From Octopus sinensis (lineage: Eukaryota): a DNA stretch of 64,000 nt. The DNA lies in assembly GCF_006345805.1 (NCBI RefSeq), contig NC_043008.1, forward strand, positions 37,200,001-37,264,000. Reading direction: 5' to 3'. The notes under the pieces were generated by a model. The model was not told the origin of the DNA, made no database searches, and saw nothing but the letters and a program-made list of their open reading frames with translations. Both the position numbers and the translations under genes were made by a program. Position 1 is the stretch's first letter; each line of letters begins with the position of its first letter. Positions 11,883 through 24,309 of the stretch are shown here, piece after piece.

Positions 11883-11962
11883 TTTCCTGAAGAGAAAGCT
11901 GCAATATGGTATCCTTATTCAATCAGAATTTGGAAATTTGTGGCCTTTGAAACATGTGGAGA
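11883..11962 (+). ncRNA. Type I hammerhead-like motif with long stem II, in (TA)n-flanked cassette 11764-12020
   Basis: UUUC-CUGAAGA-GAAAGCUGCAA...UUGUGGCCUUU-GAA-ACAUGU-G-GAGA; cleavage position is G, so probably inactive. Confidence 0.6.
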
Positions 11963-12671
11963 ATGTAATAAAAGGAATTCTGTAGAATCTTCGTTCAGCT
12001 CCATTTCTTCCATTCACTAATTATATATATATATATATGTGCATACACAAACAAAAACATACACACACATGCACAAAACCACACACACACACATGCATGC
12101 AAACACACACACCCATGTATAAACCCAGTTCAGCAAAGATGTCACTTCTGATATATCAGTTGTTATAAACTCCCAAAGGCACTTTAATACACAAAGAATA
12201 TAAAATAACTTCCATGCACTCCTTCAAAAATTCCTGCTCATTTTAGTTAAGGAAACCTTTCTATTGTTCAGTTTTTTTTTTCTTCCTGAAAATATTGCTT
12301 TGTCTGATGGGTTTGTTATTCTTTTTTGTTCTCCGTTTATTTAAATCATTTCATGTTATTTGAACATGAAAATTATTTTTGTTGCCATGTTTAAAATTTT
12401 TGTTAGTTCTCTATTTTTTTTACAATTTTTGTTCATCAGTTTTGAAATTTGAAAATGTTTTACTTTTTTACAGATATATGACGATGGAATGAATGGATTT
12501 ATGTGACAACCTAAAATATTAATGGTGACAAACTTGCTGAAGCTTGACAACCTACAAATGCTAATTAAAAGAAATTCTACAAGAAATATTAAATGAAACA
12601 TTGATGGCATTATTCTTGCTAATCTTGTATGGTCCGAGAGTTGATGGTAATGCTAATGGTATAAACAATTC

Positions 12672-12907
12672 AAGGCAACGAGCTGGCAGAATTGTTAGCA
12701 CACCGGGTAAAATACTTAGCAGTATTTCGTCTGCTGCTACGTTCTGGGTTCAAATTCCGCCGAGGTCGACTTTGCCTTTCATCCTTTTGGGGTTGATTAA
12801 ATAAGTACCAATTACGCACTGGGGTCGATATAATCGACTAATCAGTTTCTCTGTCCTTGTTTGTCCCCAGTGCATTTAGCCCCTTGTGGGTAGTAAAGAA
12901 ATAGGTA
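12672..12907 (+). mobile_element. SINE family A, near full length
   Basis: A-box and B-box (GGTTCAAATTCC); imperfect flanking duplication ATGGTATAAACAAT / ATGGTACAAGCAAT. Confidence 0.88.
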
Positions 12908-14416
12908 ATGGTACAAGCAATGGGAAAAACATGGAGGAAGAGATGAGGGACAAAATTCTAAATAAATTTAAGAAGAGTGCTGGAATATTTATTTGTGTAA
13001 ACTAGTAGTGTAACTCATCAACAAGATCAGCTGTTGCATACTATGACATTTAATCTGCACTGTTTTGTTGAAGTGTAGGCCAGCTTCTAGCTATTTATTT
13101 AAAAAGCTGAAGTTAAATTGATAATAATAATAGGCAAATGATGTTGATTGCTTTTGATGGTTGAATACTTGAGATTTACATTTGATGGTGGTTCTACATC
13201 AAATGTCATGATTTAGATGTTTTACAAGATTTTTCCCCTGGTTAGGACATCAAATAGTTTCAAACAGATTAGTAAGCATCTTGTTGCCTCTTGGGAACAT
13301 ATAGATTTCTCCATTTAGCCATTAAATGTAATAAAATAATTTAAAGCAAATTTTAACTTGAAGGAATCAAATGAGAAATGTGAAGCACGATCCATTCCAG
13401 TTCACGTTGAGTAAGAAATAGAAGATAAGCAGCTTTGATTTAAAGGACATTGGAATTATAATTGTGATATATAAGTAGGTAAATAATTCAGAGTTAGATT
13501 CCTGAGCCCGTAAGAATGTGGCCATAGTTCATTAATAATTGTATTTATATCTACTTTCTTCTGATACCAAATACCGAATATTGTATTTGTTGCCTTAAAT
13601 GAGACCCAGTAGTTCTTAAAGTTACACATATAATTTGGTTCCATGCAATTTAAAGAGAAAGAAATCAGACAATTACATTCTATAGATATCACTAAGATAT
13701 CACTGAAGCCTGTTTAATCAACAAACTACAAATCTGGAATTGCAGAACACAGATTCCATATTTCAAGACTGTATGGAGAAAATCATTGTTGATAACATTA
13801 GTGTGAAAATCTTTAAAGACAACTTTCTTGATAACGCAGCAGATTTTTCCAAGCTTAAGACAAGAGAGAGGATAGAATTGGGAAATTTATTAAGTCACAG
13901 TTGCATTGAATTTTGATAAATTCATTTACAGAACTCATTTGAGATTTTATGAGTGAGCCTGTCTCCTAACGGTATGTAACCATGTCAAAAGACATATAAA
14001 ATGAGTATTAATTCTGATAGCCCAGACTTTAAGGCAATTAACTATTTTATTGAATTAAATAATTATTATCAATTTTATTCACAGCTGTGCAACATTTGGA
14101 AGCAAATAGATGTTAGTTTTACTAGGAAGCAAAGTAAGCTTGCTTTCAGTATCTTTCTCTTCAGAGACAGATTTTATATTATCTGTTGTTGCTACACAGA
14201 TAATGTAACACAGTTAAATTACTCCATTGATTCCATTTTTTTTTATATATTTACTAAGTTTTAAAAAAGTCAGTGACATATTAGACAGAAAGTTTTGCAG
14301 CTATAAGATGCATGCAGCATTGATGTTTTTTCTTTTACTCTTTGAAAAACAGTGACTACGAACATTGATCACAAACTTATATATGTAATCTATGTAGATA
14401 TATCTAATGCCTCCTA

Positions 14417-14770
14417 GTGGAGGTGCAATGGCCCAGTGGTTAGGGCAGACTCGTGGTCGTAAGAACGAGGTTTCGAACACCAGACCGGGCATTGTGAGTG
14501 TTTATTGAGCAAAAACACCTAAGCTTCACGAGGCTCCGACGAGGAAGGGGAGTTAAAAACGTTAGCACGCCAGGTGAAATGCTTAGCGGTATTTCATCTG
14601 CCATTACGTTCTGAGTTTAAATTCCGCCAAGGTCGACTTTGCCTTTCATCCTTTCGAGGTCGATAAATAAAGTACCAGTTGCACACTGGGGTCGAGTTAA
14701 TCGACTTAATCTGTTTGTCTGGCCTTGTTTGTCCCCTCTATGTTTAGCCCCTTGTGGGCAATAAAGAAAT
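14417..14770 (+). mobile_element. Fused SINE pieces: family D-like head followed by family A body
   Basis: TGGCCCAGTGGTTAG...GGTTTCGAACACC head, then family A core from ~14556. Confidence 0.7.
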
Positions 14771-14939
14771 ATATATGTAATGCAAATAAAATGAGTATTT
14801 CAGATATTTGGAGATGTTTTAAGAGAGGAAGTTATAACTGAGCTAAATTATTGTAATTTTATTATATTTTACTATGCATCTTATAAGCTGACCTGCCAAG
14901 GTTGTTTTTTGTTTTATTCTAGATTGAAGGAAATGGCGG

Positions 14940-15280
14940 TAACAGTATTTTGAACACACTGCTTGTCATAACTCCAAGTACTTGACAGAAATGAGCATCA
15001 AAACTCTCTCTCAGCCTCCCTATAGTTGAGATCTGGTTCCCTGCAATATTTCGTTGTACCCTAAGCTGAAGGATAACCTCAGGTGCAGTTGTTTTGAAAA
15101 ATTGTGAAGATGGGCACAGAAGTCGCTGTGTGGTAAGTAGCTTACTTATGAACCACATGGTTCTGGGTTCAGTCCACTGCATAGTACCTTGGGCAAGTGT
15201 CTTCTATTATAGCCTTGGGCCGACCAAAGCCTTGTGAGTGAATTTGGTAGACAGAAACTGAAAGAAGCCCGTCGTATATT

Positions 15281-15336
<56 letters not shown>

Positions 15337-15735
15337 CATGTTTGTGTGTCTGTGTTTGTCCACCCTACCCAACATCGCTTGACAACAGATGCTGGTGTGT
15401 TTATATCCCCATAACTCAGTGGTTCGGCAAAAGAGACTGATAGAATAAGTACTAGGCTTACAAAAAATAAGTCCTAGGTGCTCTAGCATGGCTACGGTCA
15501 AATGACTGAAACAAGTAAAAGAGTAAAACAGTAAAAGAGTATGGAGGCTGTGACAAGGGCTCTGGACACCTTCACTTTGGAGGATTTAAATAGGGTCTTT
15601 ATGAAGTGGGTAGGGCACTAAAAAAATGCATTAAAGTCAGAGGATAATCCTACTTTGAAGACAAGTAGAGTCTTGCAATTCTTTGAAATGAATGAATTTC
15701 TCTCCTGCAAAAAAGTCTCAATTCTTTTGGAATGT
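14940..15735 (+). pseudogene. Mariner transposase C-terminal fragment interrupted by a family B SINE
   Basis: PPYS*DLVPC...KLKDNLRCSCFEN before the SINE; EAVTRALDTFT...KW...YFE after it. Confidence 0.6.
15113..15540 (+). mobile_element. SINE family B
   Basis: Reverse complement of 10632-11037. Confidence 0.9.
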
Positions 15736-15994
15736 CACTCCTAAAAATCTACCAACATATTCTCTATTTTATTCATCATTTTACACTCATTGGATTGTTA
15801 ACATGCTTTGGCACTGTCATGAATGGTTTTACTTGACTAAATGAACCCTGAATACTTATAGTTTTAAAACCTAGCATTTGTTATAGCAGTCTCTTTTACT
15901 GAACTGCTAAGTTATGAGGACATTAAAAAAATCTAATCCTGCTTGCCAAGTTATGGGGGACAGGGGCAAACACAAAGACACACACACACATACA

Positions 15995-16027
<33 letters not shown>

Positions 16028-16152
16028 ATATATATATATACACACATATATATAAGTGTGTATATATATATATATGTATGCATGTATGTACATATATACA
16101 CACACATATATATATATGTATGTATATATATATATATACACATATATATATA

Positions 16153-16200
<48 letters not shown>

Positions 16201-16499
16201 AAAGTAAGATAGGGGTTATGAAGGTAAACCGCTATGGGATATCAGTTATCCAATATACTGCTGGTAAAGTACCCAAATACTAAATACATAAATGCTTTTA
16301 ATTGCAATGTAATTAATTCATTTATTGTATTGAATGGGTGAAGGTAAATATTATTTTTACCGTAAATTCATATATTCGTATATTGTTTTGTTCGACTTTC
16401 ATGTTCCCATTTGTATAATTAATAAATAATGTGAAATTGTAATATCCATAAGTTGATAATCGAAATGAATTTGTTTCTCCATTTTCTTATTTGTATTAT

Positions 16500-16548
<49 letters not shown>

Positions 16549-16632
16549 TATATATATACATGAACGAAGTAAAAAAAAATGCAGATTGGGAAGTTAATAA
16601 TTGTTTATTATTAACAGTAAATTAATCATCTT

Positions 16633-16721
16633 CACTTACAGCTGTTTCAATTAATACTCAGTAAATGTTAAGTAAGTATTAAATTTATATTTATTTGACC
16701 TGAGCATAATATCTTCATGTG
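16633..16721 (-). ncRNA. Decayed type I hammerhead-like motif next to (TA)n
   Basis: Minus strand CAC-AUGAAGA-U-AUUAUGCUCAG...CUGAGUAUUAAU-U-GAA-ACAGCUGU-A-AGUG; C3 lost. Confidence 0.5.
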
Positions 16722-17045
16722 TTCATTGTCTACAAACACTTGACAGTAAACATTCAGAGCATTGATTGTTTGGACATTGTCACTTGATACTAACACATGG
16801 ACTTAGCAGAGGAACCTACAAAAATTTCTAAGACCAGTCATGTGACTATTCTCTATCAATCAAATTCTATTCAAAACACATACTAATTTGAGCCATGAAC
16901 TCCCTATAAAAATAGGGTAAGTCATGTCTTTCTGTTTGAACTTTTTGAAAATCAGTGTAAACTGTGAAACCAGTCAAAGTTTTAAATATATCGATAAAAA
17001 ATATTTAACCTATTCTTGGTGCATTTTCAACTTCTTTTTTTCTTA

Positions 17046-17077
<32 letters not shown>

Positions 17078-17489
17078 ACACACACACACATCAGTGGTGT
17101 GCACTTAAGGTATAGAAGTCATGCACTGCACTCCCATTTATTTTTATATGAATCCAAAAATAACTTCAAAAATGTAATTTGTCTTTAAGATTGTTGGAAA
17201 GTTGTCAAAATCATTGAAAACTGGACAAATTAATTTGTTTGAGAGAAAAAACTAAGGCAACTCTCAGAAGTGAAAATATATATTGCTTTGCTTCAACTAT
17301 GTGGTAAAAAATTTGCCTCTCAACAACATGGTTCCAGGTTCAGTCCCACTGATGTCACCTTGGAAAAAGGCATTCTACTATAGAGTAAGGCCAACCAAAG
17401 CCTTGTGAATGTATTTGGTAGACAGAAACTGAGAGAGACCTGTAAACTCTGTTTGACTTTTTTCTTTTTTTCTTCTCTTTTTCTCTGCC

Positions 17490-17520
17490 CCCTGACGAAG
17501 AATTGAATTTGAAACATTGG
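17490..17520 (+). ncRNA. Minimal hammerhead-like motif, canonical core, slightly decayed
   Basis: CC-CUGACGA-A-GAAU(UGA)AUUU-GAA-ACAU-U-GG; ACAU is compatible with CpG decay of palindromic ACGU. Confidence 0.55.
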
Positions 17521-17560
17521 ATATTCCACTCCTCACAGCAAGTTCACTGTACCCCTTTCA

Positions 17561-17621
<61 letters not shown>

Positions 17622-17779
17622 GACTGACAGCTAAATCCACAAGATTTTCATTCATTCTCTGTTTATTTCTTTGTGTGCCTTTCTGTTGAAGAGAGTAAGC
17701 TTGAAACAAAAGACTTTCTCACCTTCCCAAGCATCAAACTAATACACCTGTCTCTGTCTTTTGTTTTTCTGTAAATTTC

Positions 17780-17783
<4 letters not shown>
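17622..17783 (+). mobile_element. (TA)n-flanked cassette with decayed hammerhead-like motif at 17679-17712
   Basis: CUUU-CUGUUGA-A-GAGA(GUAA)GCUU-GAA-AC--A-AAAG; third member of the 6648/11526 family. Confidence 0.6.
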
Positions 17784-17840
<57 letters not shown>

Positions 17841-19889
17841 GTATGTATGTGTGTGTGTCTGTGTCTATGTTTCTGCCTCTCATCACTTACCGATCGGTGT
17901 TGGTGTGTTTACATCCCCGTAACTTACCAGTTCAGCAAAAGATGCTGATAGAATAAATTACAAGGAAAAAGAAAAAGGTACTGGGGTTGATTTGCTAAAC
18001 TAAAATTCTTCAAGGTGATGTCGTAGCATGGCCACAATCTAATGACTGAAAGAAGTATAAAATTAAATAAAAAATAAGAACCAAAAAACAGAAGGCCAAA
18101 GAAAAAAGAAGAAAATGCCCTTAACATCAGAGCTGAAGACACCTCCAAAAGTGTGGGGTGGGGCCCACCATGTCAAAAATGGTAGAGGAGTAGGGGCCAA
18201 AACCAGACGTGGTTCCTACTGAGATGTCCTTAGGCAGTGGATCCTATAAAGGAGCTGTTGTGGTAGTGAACCACGAAAAGTAGTTGGAATTCCTCCAGAT
18301 ATACAAAAACCTCATTCAGACATCATTTCTCATCCTGTTAAATAACATTGAAAGAGATGCAATTACAAAAATGCTTACAGCTTCTTTTCTTTACTGTTTC
18401 CTCTATACTCTGGCATTTGTTCATATTTGATATTGGTTCCAAATTTTGGTACGAGGCCTGCAATTTCGAGGGAGAGTGTAAGTTGATTACATTAACTCCC
18501 AAAAGGATGGATGGCAAAGTCGACCTCAACAGCATTTGAACTCAACAATCAACCCACCTACCATCGATGGTTGAATGGCTCATTGAACTCAAAGTGAAAT
18601 GTGTGGAAAACCACCAAAAACTGAAAATAGAAGCTGTTTAGCCCCTCTCACTAAATATTCTTGTCTCATCAATTTTGTCCACGACAACAGCACAAAAGTT
18701 TTACAAATCGAGAAAGATTTATCTATTTTCTGTTTGATATTTAATGTCCAAAAAGAATACATTGTTACAGTTTCTTTCATTGCTATCATTAACTAATTAA
18801 ACCTCGTTGATTTACTAAGATTATCTCCCGTTTTATTCAATTTACAGAAAGAGTACACACACACACACACACACACACATGTGCGCATATTTATTTTTTA
18901 AATGTCTTTTGAACTTTTGAAATATTAGTCCAAATAACTGAAATGTGTGTTATAGAACTTTTGAAAAATACTTTTTTTTTTAGAAAAAAAAGCACGACTT
19001 TGAAGACAAACAATAAATTATAATTGATGGCAAACTAACACTAAAATTACCTAATTTGTGAAGTTCCAGTGAGAAATGTATTAGACGTTTTCAGATTAAT
19101 TGATATGAAGGAAAACAATGATTAACTGGAAGTGCTAAGTTAAATAAATTATTTTGTTGGTCATGCTTATTATTTAGTTTAGAAAAAAATTTGGTATTAT
19201 AAAAGTAACAATGATTTAAATAATCTAAACATGGCCATGCTAAAACACGAACACTCTCAAATAAAAATAAGTTCTTGGTAGATCTTGACACATAGCTGTT
19301 AGACTCCTCACACACATGATTTGCTTTCAGTCGTCCAGACTTGTGTAGGACCAGCCGTACGTTTTGGAAATGTTGACAGCAGAAAGTGGGTGAAAATGTT
19401 TGTAATATGTGCAAGGAATTACATTCCTCAGGCTTTTCTAATGGAGCTTCCCAACTCCTGGGTTAGTTACTTTTCCTCTGGTTTATAGTCCAACTCAAAG
19501 GTAAACTAAATGTGCACCTGGGTACCAAACTAGAAATTTTCCTGCATAGATACATATAAAAGATAGGACTCAAGTGAATCAGGTCCTTAGCACTGGTGTT
19601 TGTTCAATGAAATCGCTATTGTTAACAAAATAGAATTAGAAGAAACATATACAGGATGCAATGTGTAAATTGTCACTGTTTTGTATTTTTAATTTAGTGC
19701 ATGGACATTGTTTGTTTTTGATTTTGTTGACTACACAGTATAGTAGGGTCAGTTGGAAATCCACTCCATTCATATAAAAACCTGAAAAATCCTGACAACA
19801 ACTGGAAACTTCCACAGAAAAATTGATGTTGATAGGCTCTACCTAAGAAGAAATGAAGGTGGTAGAGGCCTGAGATCAGTGCAGATGGC

Positions 19890-20970
19890 CTTTGAATGGA
19901 TATATAAATGAAGTCCTGAAAAGTGAAGTGAGCAACATTGTACAAGTTGGCAGTGTGCTTCTTAAGAAGCACTGTCTTCCTAATGATCTCCTATACAGCC
20001 CCCAAAAACATGGGCACTCTTACCTCAGAGAAGACCTGGATGAAAAGCACTCAGCATACAAAAGAAAATTGCCCTCAGCATGGGTATGTTGCCCGGAATC
20101 TTGAAGAGGACAGTAGAATTGACATGAAACACACCCTCTCCTGGACACAAGACCAGTACATCACATCATATTTTGAGGGCTACGTGTTTGCAATCCAGGA
20201 ACTGGAGATTGCCACCAAGTACCTGGTGAACAAGAGAGACAGTGACGCCCTTGTAGTCCCAAAGTGCCACCACATGTGTAGGCTATGTCGTGTTTCTGAG
20301 GAAGACATCATGCATGTGATTAGCAGTTGTCCTAAAATGTCATCATGGTTCTACCTCCCTATGCAGCATGATGTTGTTGCTGAAACAATTTACAATACCA
20401 TCTACAAAAGGACTTTCTTGAAATAAACTTAGAAAATCCTTCTGTAATGGAATACATTCATAAGCACCAATTCAAAGAATACTGGTGGAATATTCAGATC
20501 AAAACTTCTGTCAAACGTAAGTACAACAAGGTGGATATTGTTGTTTAGGACAGAGGGGCAAAGGTATGTACCATCATAGAAGTCAGCTGCCCTGAAGATA
20601 TAAATATCTCTGTGAAAATCAAAGCAAAAGATGATGTCTATGGATAACTGCTTCAAAATCTCCAGCTTCTATATCTAGACTATGAATTCATATTCATACC
20701 AATAACAGTTGGAGCACTAGGTTTTGTTAGTAAATACTTAAAGGAGAATCTGGATAAACTGGGATTTTCAGAAAGATAAATCGACCAGTTAATTCGTACA
20801 TTACAAGTGCAATCTGTGACTGGAACAGCAAAAATTATGCAAGACTTTTCTTCAAGTTCCAAACGTGAATTTGTCTGTATTAACTACATCCCAAAGATGA
20901 AGCCTTGTATGTAGGTTAGAAACTAGCTCTTTTTCTATTGGCAAGAACTCTTGAAATAAAAGTGAATAAT
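19890..20970 (+). pseudogene. 3' part of an RLE-type (R4/NeSL-like) non-LTR retrotransposon: CCHC knuckle and restriction-like endonuclease
   Basis: EGYVFAIQE, CRLCRVSEEDIMHVISSCP, (R>Q)HDVVA, EYWWN, DIVV*DR, IEVSCP, IPITVGALG. Confidence 0.85.
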
Positions 20971-21027
20971 AATCCCCCCATGTATGCATGTGTGTGTATA
21001 TATATAATATATATATATATATATCTA

Positions 21028-21088
<61 letters not shown>

Positions 21089-21090
21089 AT

Positions 21091-21152
<62 letters not shown>

Positions 21153-21222
21153 GGTATTCAACTGCTGTACAAGTGAATTGGATGTTTCACACACCCTTTG
21201 AAGGAATTATTTTCCTTAGTTT

Positions 21223-21258
<36 letters not shown>

Positions 21259-21519
21259 TAAATGTAAGATGAAAGATGGAATATACCAAAATTTTTATTT
21301 ATTAATTGTGCCCATATACAGGCAAATACAAAACAGTGAGAATGAATGATCAACACTATTTTGCTGGATAAATATTCTTTACTTGTGAATTAACAAGGTT
21401 ATCAACATTCTCATTTGACAGACTTGACAATTGTTAAGAGATTCCCCTTTAAATGAAACCATCGGTTACTTTGTTAACCCACAAATAAAGTGCTTGAGTG
21501 TGTATGCATATATGTGTAC

Positions 21520-21563
<44 letters not shown>

Positions 21564-21567
21564 TATA

Positions 21568-21606
<39 letters not shown>

Positions 21607-22189
21607 TATACATGTACCATTACAATAATTCTGTGTCCATATTTTCATGCTTTCATGCATTGAATAGGTCTTTTCTAGCATAGAATCTCTTCACTTGTTA
21701 TGGTACTCTATCACCTTTTTCTAAAGTTCAGCCATCACCAAATCTTTCTCATTCATTGTCTTCCCCAAATTCTTTATAAATAAATCATTTGTTACTCCTT
21801 TACCCAACCCTCATCCTTCACTCACATCATATGCCCAATACCATTTCTGTCTACATTCTTGCTTCTACATCTGGTTCTTTTCAAACACCGTTTTTATTTT
21901 TGCATTTAGTTCATCAGTGCTTCATTATTCATACGCACCAACAGAACACATAGAAAAATCTTTTTTAGCTATTGAACTGTACTTAAGTACTTTGTAATTG
22001 CACTTCAGTTTTCATGAGAGCCAAAAATATCACTTGGATTATATCAGAAATTATTTTAGCTGGCAGTGCCAGAGTCATAATGTAATTAAATTATGAGATT
22101 ATGAAATTAGTCATTGAATATATAAGAATGTGTATTATATAGGAACTAGCTATTGTGTATATAAAAGCAATTTACTTAACTATATATAT

Positions 22190-22470
22190 ATAGTGGTTAG
22201 GGCAGTGGACTTGCGGTCATAGGATCATGGTTTCGATTCCCAGACCGGGCGTTATGAGTGTTTATTGAGCGAAAACATCTAAAACTCCATGAGGATCCGA
22301 TAGGGAGTGGTGGCAATCCCTTCTATACTCTTTTGCCACAACTTTCTCTCACTCTTTCTTCTGTTGGCCTGCTCGCTCAGCCAGCGGGGTAGCCTCATTT
22401 GAAGGCTAAAACAATGCGAAGCACATTGTGACCATCTGATAGCCTGGTTGGTCACAGTGATCACGGTGAT
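22190..22470 (+). mobile_element. tRNA-derived SINE related to family D
   Basis: GTGGTTAGGGCAG...GGTTTCGATTCCCAGACCGGGCG head; CTCTTTTGCCACAACTTTCTCTCACTCTTTC body. Confidence 0.75.
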
Positions 22471-22655
22471 ATATATTTACATATATATGTGTGAGTGTTT
22501 ATGTTTGTTGGTATTATATTTATGTAAGTATATATGTGAAGATATATATATATATATAATATATATATATATACACATATATGTAATCGGTAAAACTAAA
22601 CACGTTTTGGCACAGAAAGCTGGGGTTAGTTTTCAGATGGCATTTACACTGAACG

Positions 22656-22732
22656 ATTGTACTGATGAGGCCATGGACATTTGAATTATGTAAGTGATTC
22701 TTTTGTTAAAGGCCGAAACCGAGGTATGCAAT
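22656..22732 (+). ncRNA. Type I hammerhead ribozyme with intact canonical core
   Basis: Stem I AUUGUA/UGCAAU; CUGAUGA 22662-22668; stem II GGCC/GGCC closing a 38-nt loop; GAA; stem III ACC(GA)GGU; GUA triplet ending at 22726. Confidence 0.85.
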
Positions 22733-22900
22733 TAATTCTGTTTTTTATATAAATTTTCATCTGTCCTGCCCGCCAAATTTGGTTCTGGTGTTCGCTGAAT
22801 TTTTCCTCTAGAGAACTTTTCTTTGTAGTTTGATTGTTGATCTATTTCTAGCATACGGCCGACTACCTAGCAGTCTTGCCCTGTCAATATACACATATAT

Positions 22901-22934
<34 letters not shown>

Positions 22935-22999
22935 TATATATATATATATATAATATATATATATATATGTACATACATATATAATATATATATATATAT

Positions 23000-23032
<33 letters not shown>

Positions 23033-23789
23033 CATATATATATATATACACACACATGTTTGTATATGCAAATATTAAACTATATAAAAAAAAGGCAAAG
23101 AGTGATTGAAGGATCACTCAATACTCAATTCATTTATGTAGAATATTGCACTTTATTTCAATAAGATAAAGGTTAATAAGGACTTCGAAATTTTGGTCAA
23201 GTTGTCATTATTTGACAATCTGATAAAAGTAACAGAGCTGAAACATTCAATTTTTGTTGTTAACCTTGTCAAAATAGAATACATAAATGCACACACACAC
23301 ACGTGCACATATAGAAACATACATTCATACAAATATGTGTATTTATATATATATGTACCCTAACCCCAACCCTTCACTTATGAATGGCTGTGGTAGTGCA
23401 CCTAAAATTTACCCTCCAAGGCATAAGTCCAGGCAAAGTTGCTTACCCATGCATAGGTGGTACTTGACCTGCTATGAACAGCAGGCAATTTTCCCTTATC
23501 TTATCAAAATGACCGATTAGGTAATATAATTTGACATAGAATGCATTTGGGAAAACAGGGAAGATTAATACTGACTGTAAACCCTTTGAGCATGAAAACG
23601 GCATTGCTTGATCCGAGCAAAAACGAAACCAAATAACAATAAAAAAAAACAGTGGTCAGTTGGAATTTTGCTCCTTTACTTCCCATCTTATATTCTACAT
23701 CTTAGGTTATTTTTATAATGGTTTCTGATTTAGGCACGAGGCACGAGGGGAAGAGGCTAGTTGATACCATCGACCTCCAGTACAGGGCT

Positions 23790-24106
23790 GTGGAGGCACA
23801 TGGCCTAGTGGTTAGAGCAGCAGACTCATGGTCGAGAGATTGCAGGTTCGAATTTCAGACTGGGGGATGTGTGTGCTTATGAGCGAAACATCTAAGATCC
23901 ACGTGGCTCCGGCAGAAGGTAATGGTGAAACTTCTGCTGACTCTTTCGCCACAACTTTCTCTTACTCTTTCCTCCTGCATCTTGCAGCTCACCTGTGACG
24001 GACCGGCGTCCCATCCAGGTGGGTAACCTATATGCCGAGGAAACCAGGAAACCGGCCCTTATGAGCCTGGCATGGCTTGAGAAGGAACAAACAGACAGAA
24101 CAGAAA
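23790..24106 (+). mobile_element. SINE family D, full length, nested in an older minus-strand family A SINE
   Basis: 12-bp TSD CAGTACAGGGCT at 23778-23789 and 24107-24118; A-box TGGCCTAGTGG, B-box GGTTCGAAT. Confidence 0.92.
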
Positions 24107-24309
24107 CAGTACAGGGCTGGTACTTTATTTCATTGACTGCAGGATAATGAAACACAGAATTAATCTTGGTGAGATTTGAAATCAGAATGTAAAGTACCAA
24201 AAGAAATATCAAGTCATTTTTTTTAATACTCTATCGATTCCACCAATTCTAACAATAAAAACATTAACATATAACTTTTTTAACACTCAAAACTAAGAAA
24301 TTACTGAAA

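Noticed and set aside
12940-14000. Possible very old hAT transposase remnant
   Set aside because: Only vague compositional resemblance; no motif could be read with confidence
21426-21478. TTGTTAA...GAA-ACC(ATC)GGT-T in an insert next to (TA)n
   Set aside because: No convincing stem II and stem I out of register
23217-23252. CTGATAA-A-AGT(AACAGA)GCT-GAA-ACATTC hammerhead-like string
   Set aside because: C3-A8 mismatch, 3-bp stem II and poor stem I; may be a decayed copy but cannot be supported
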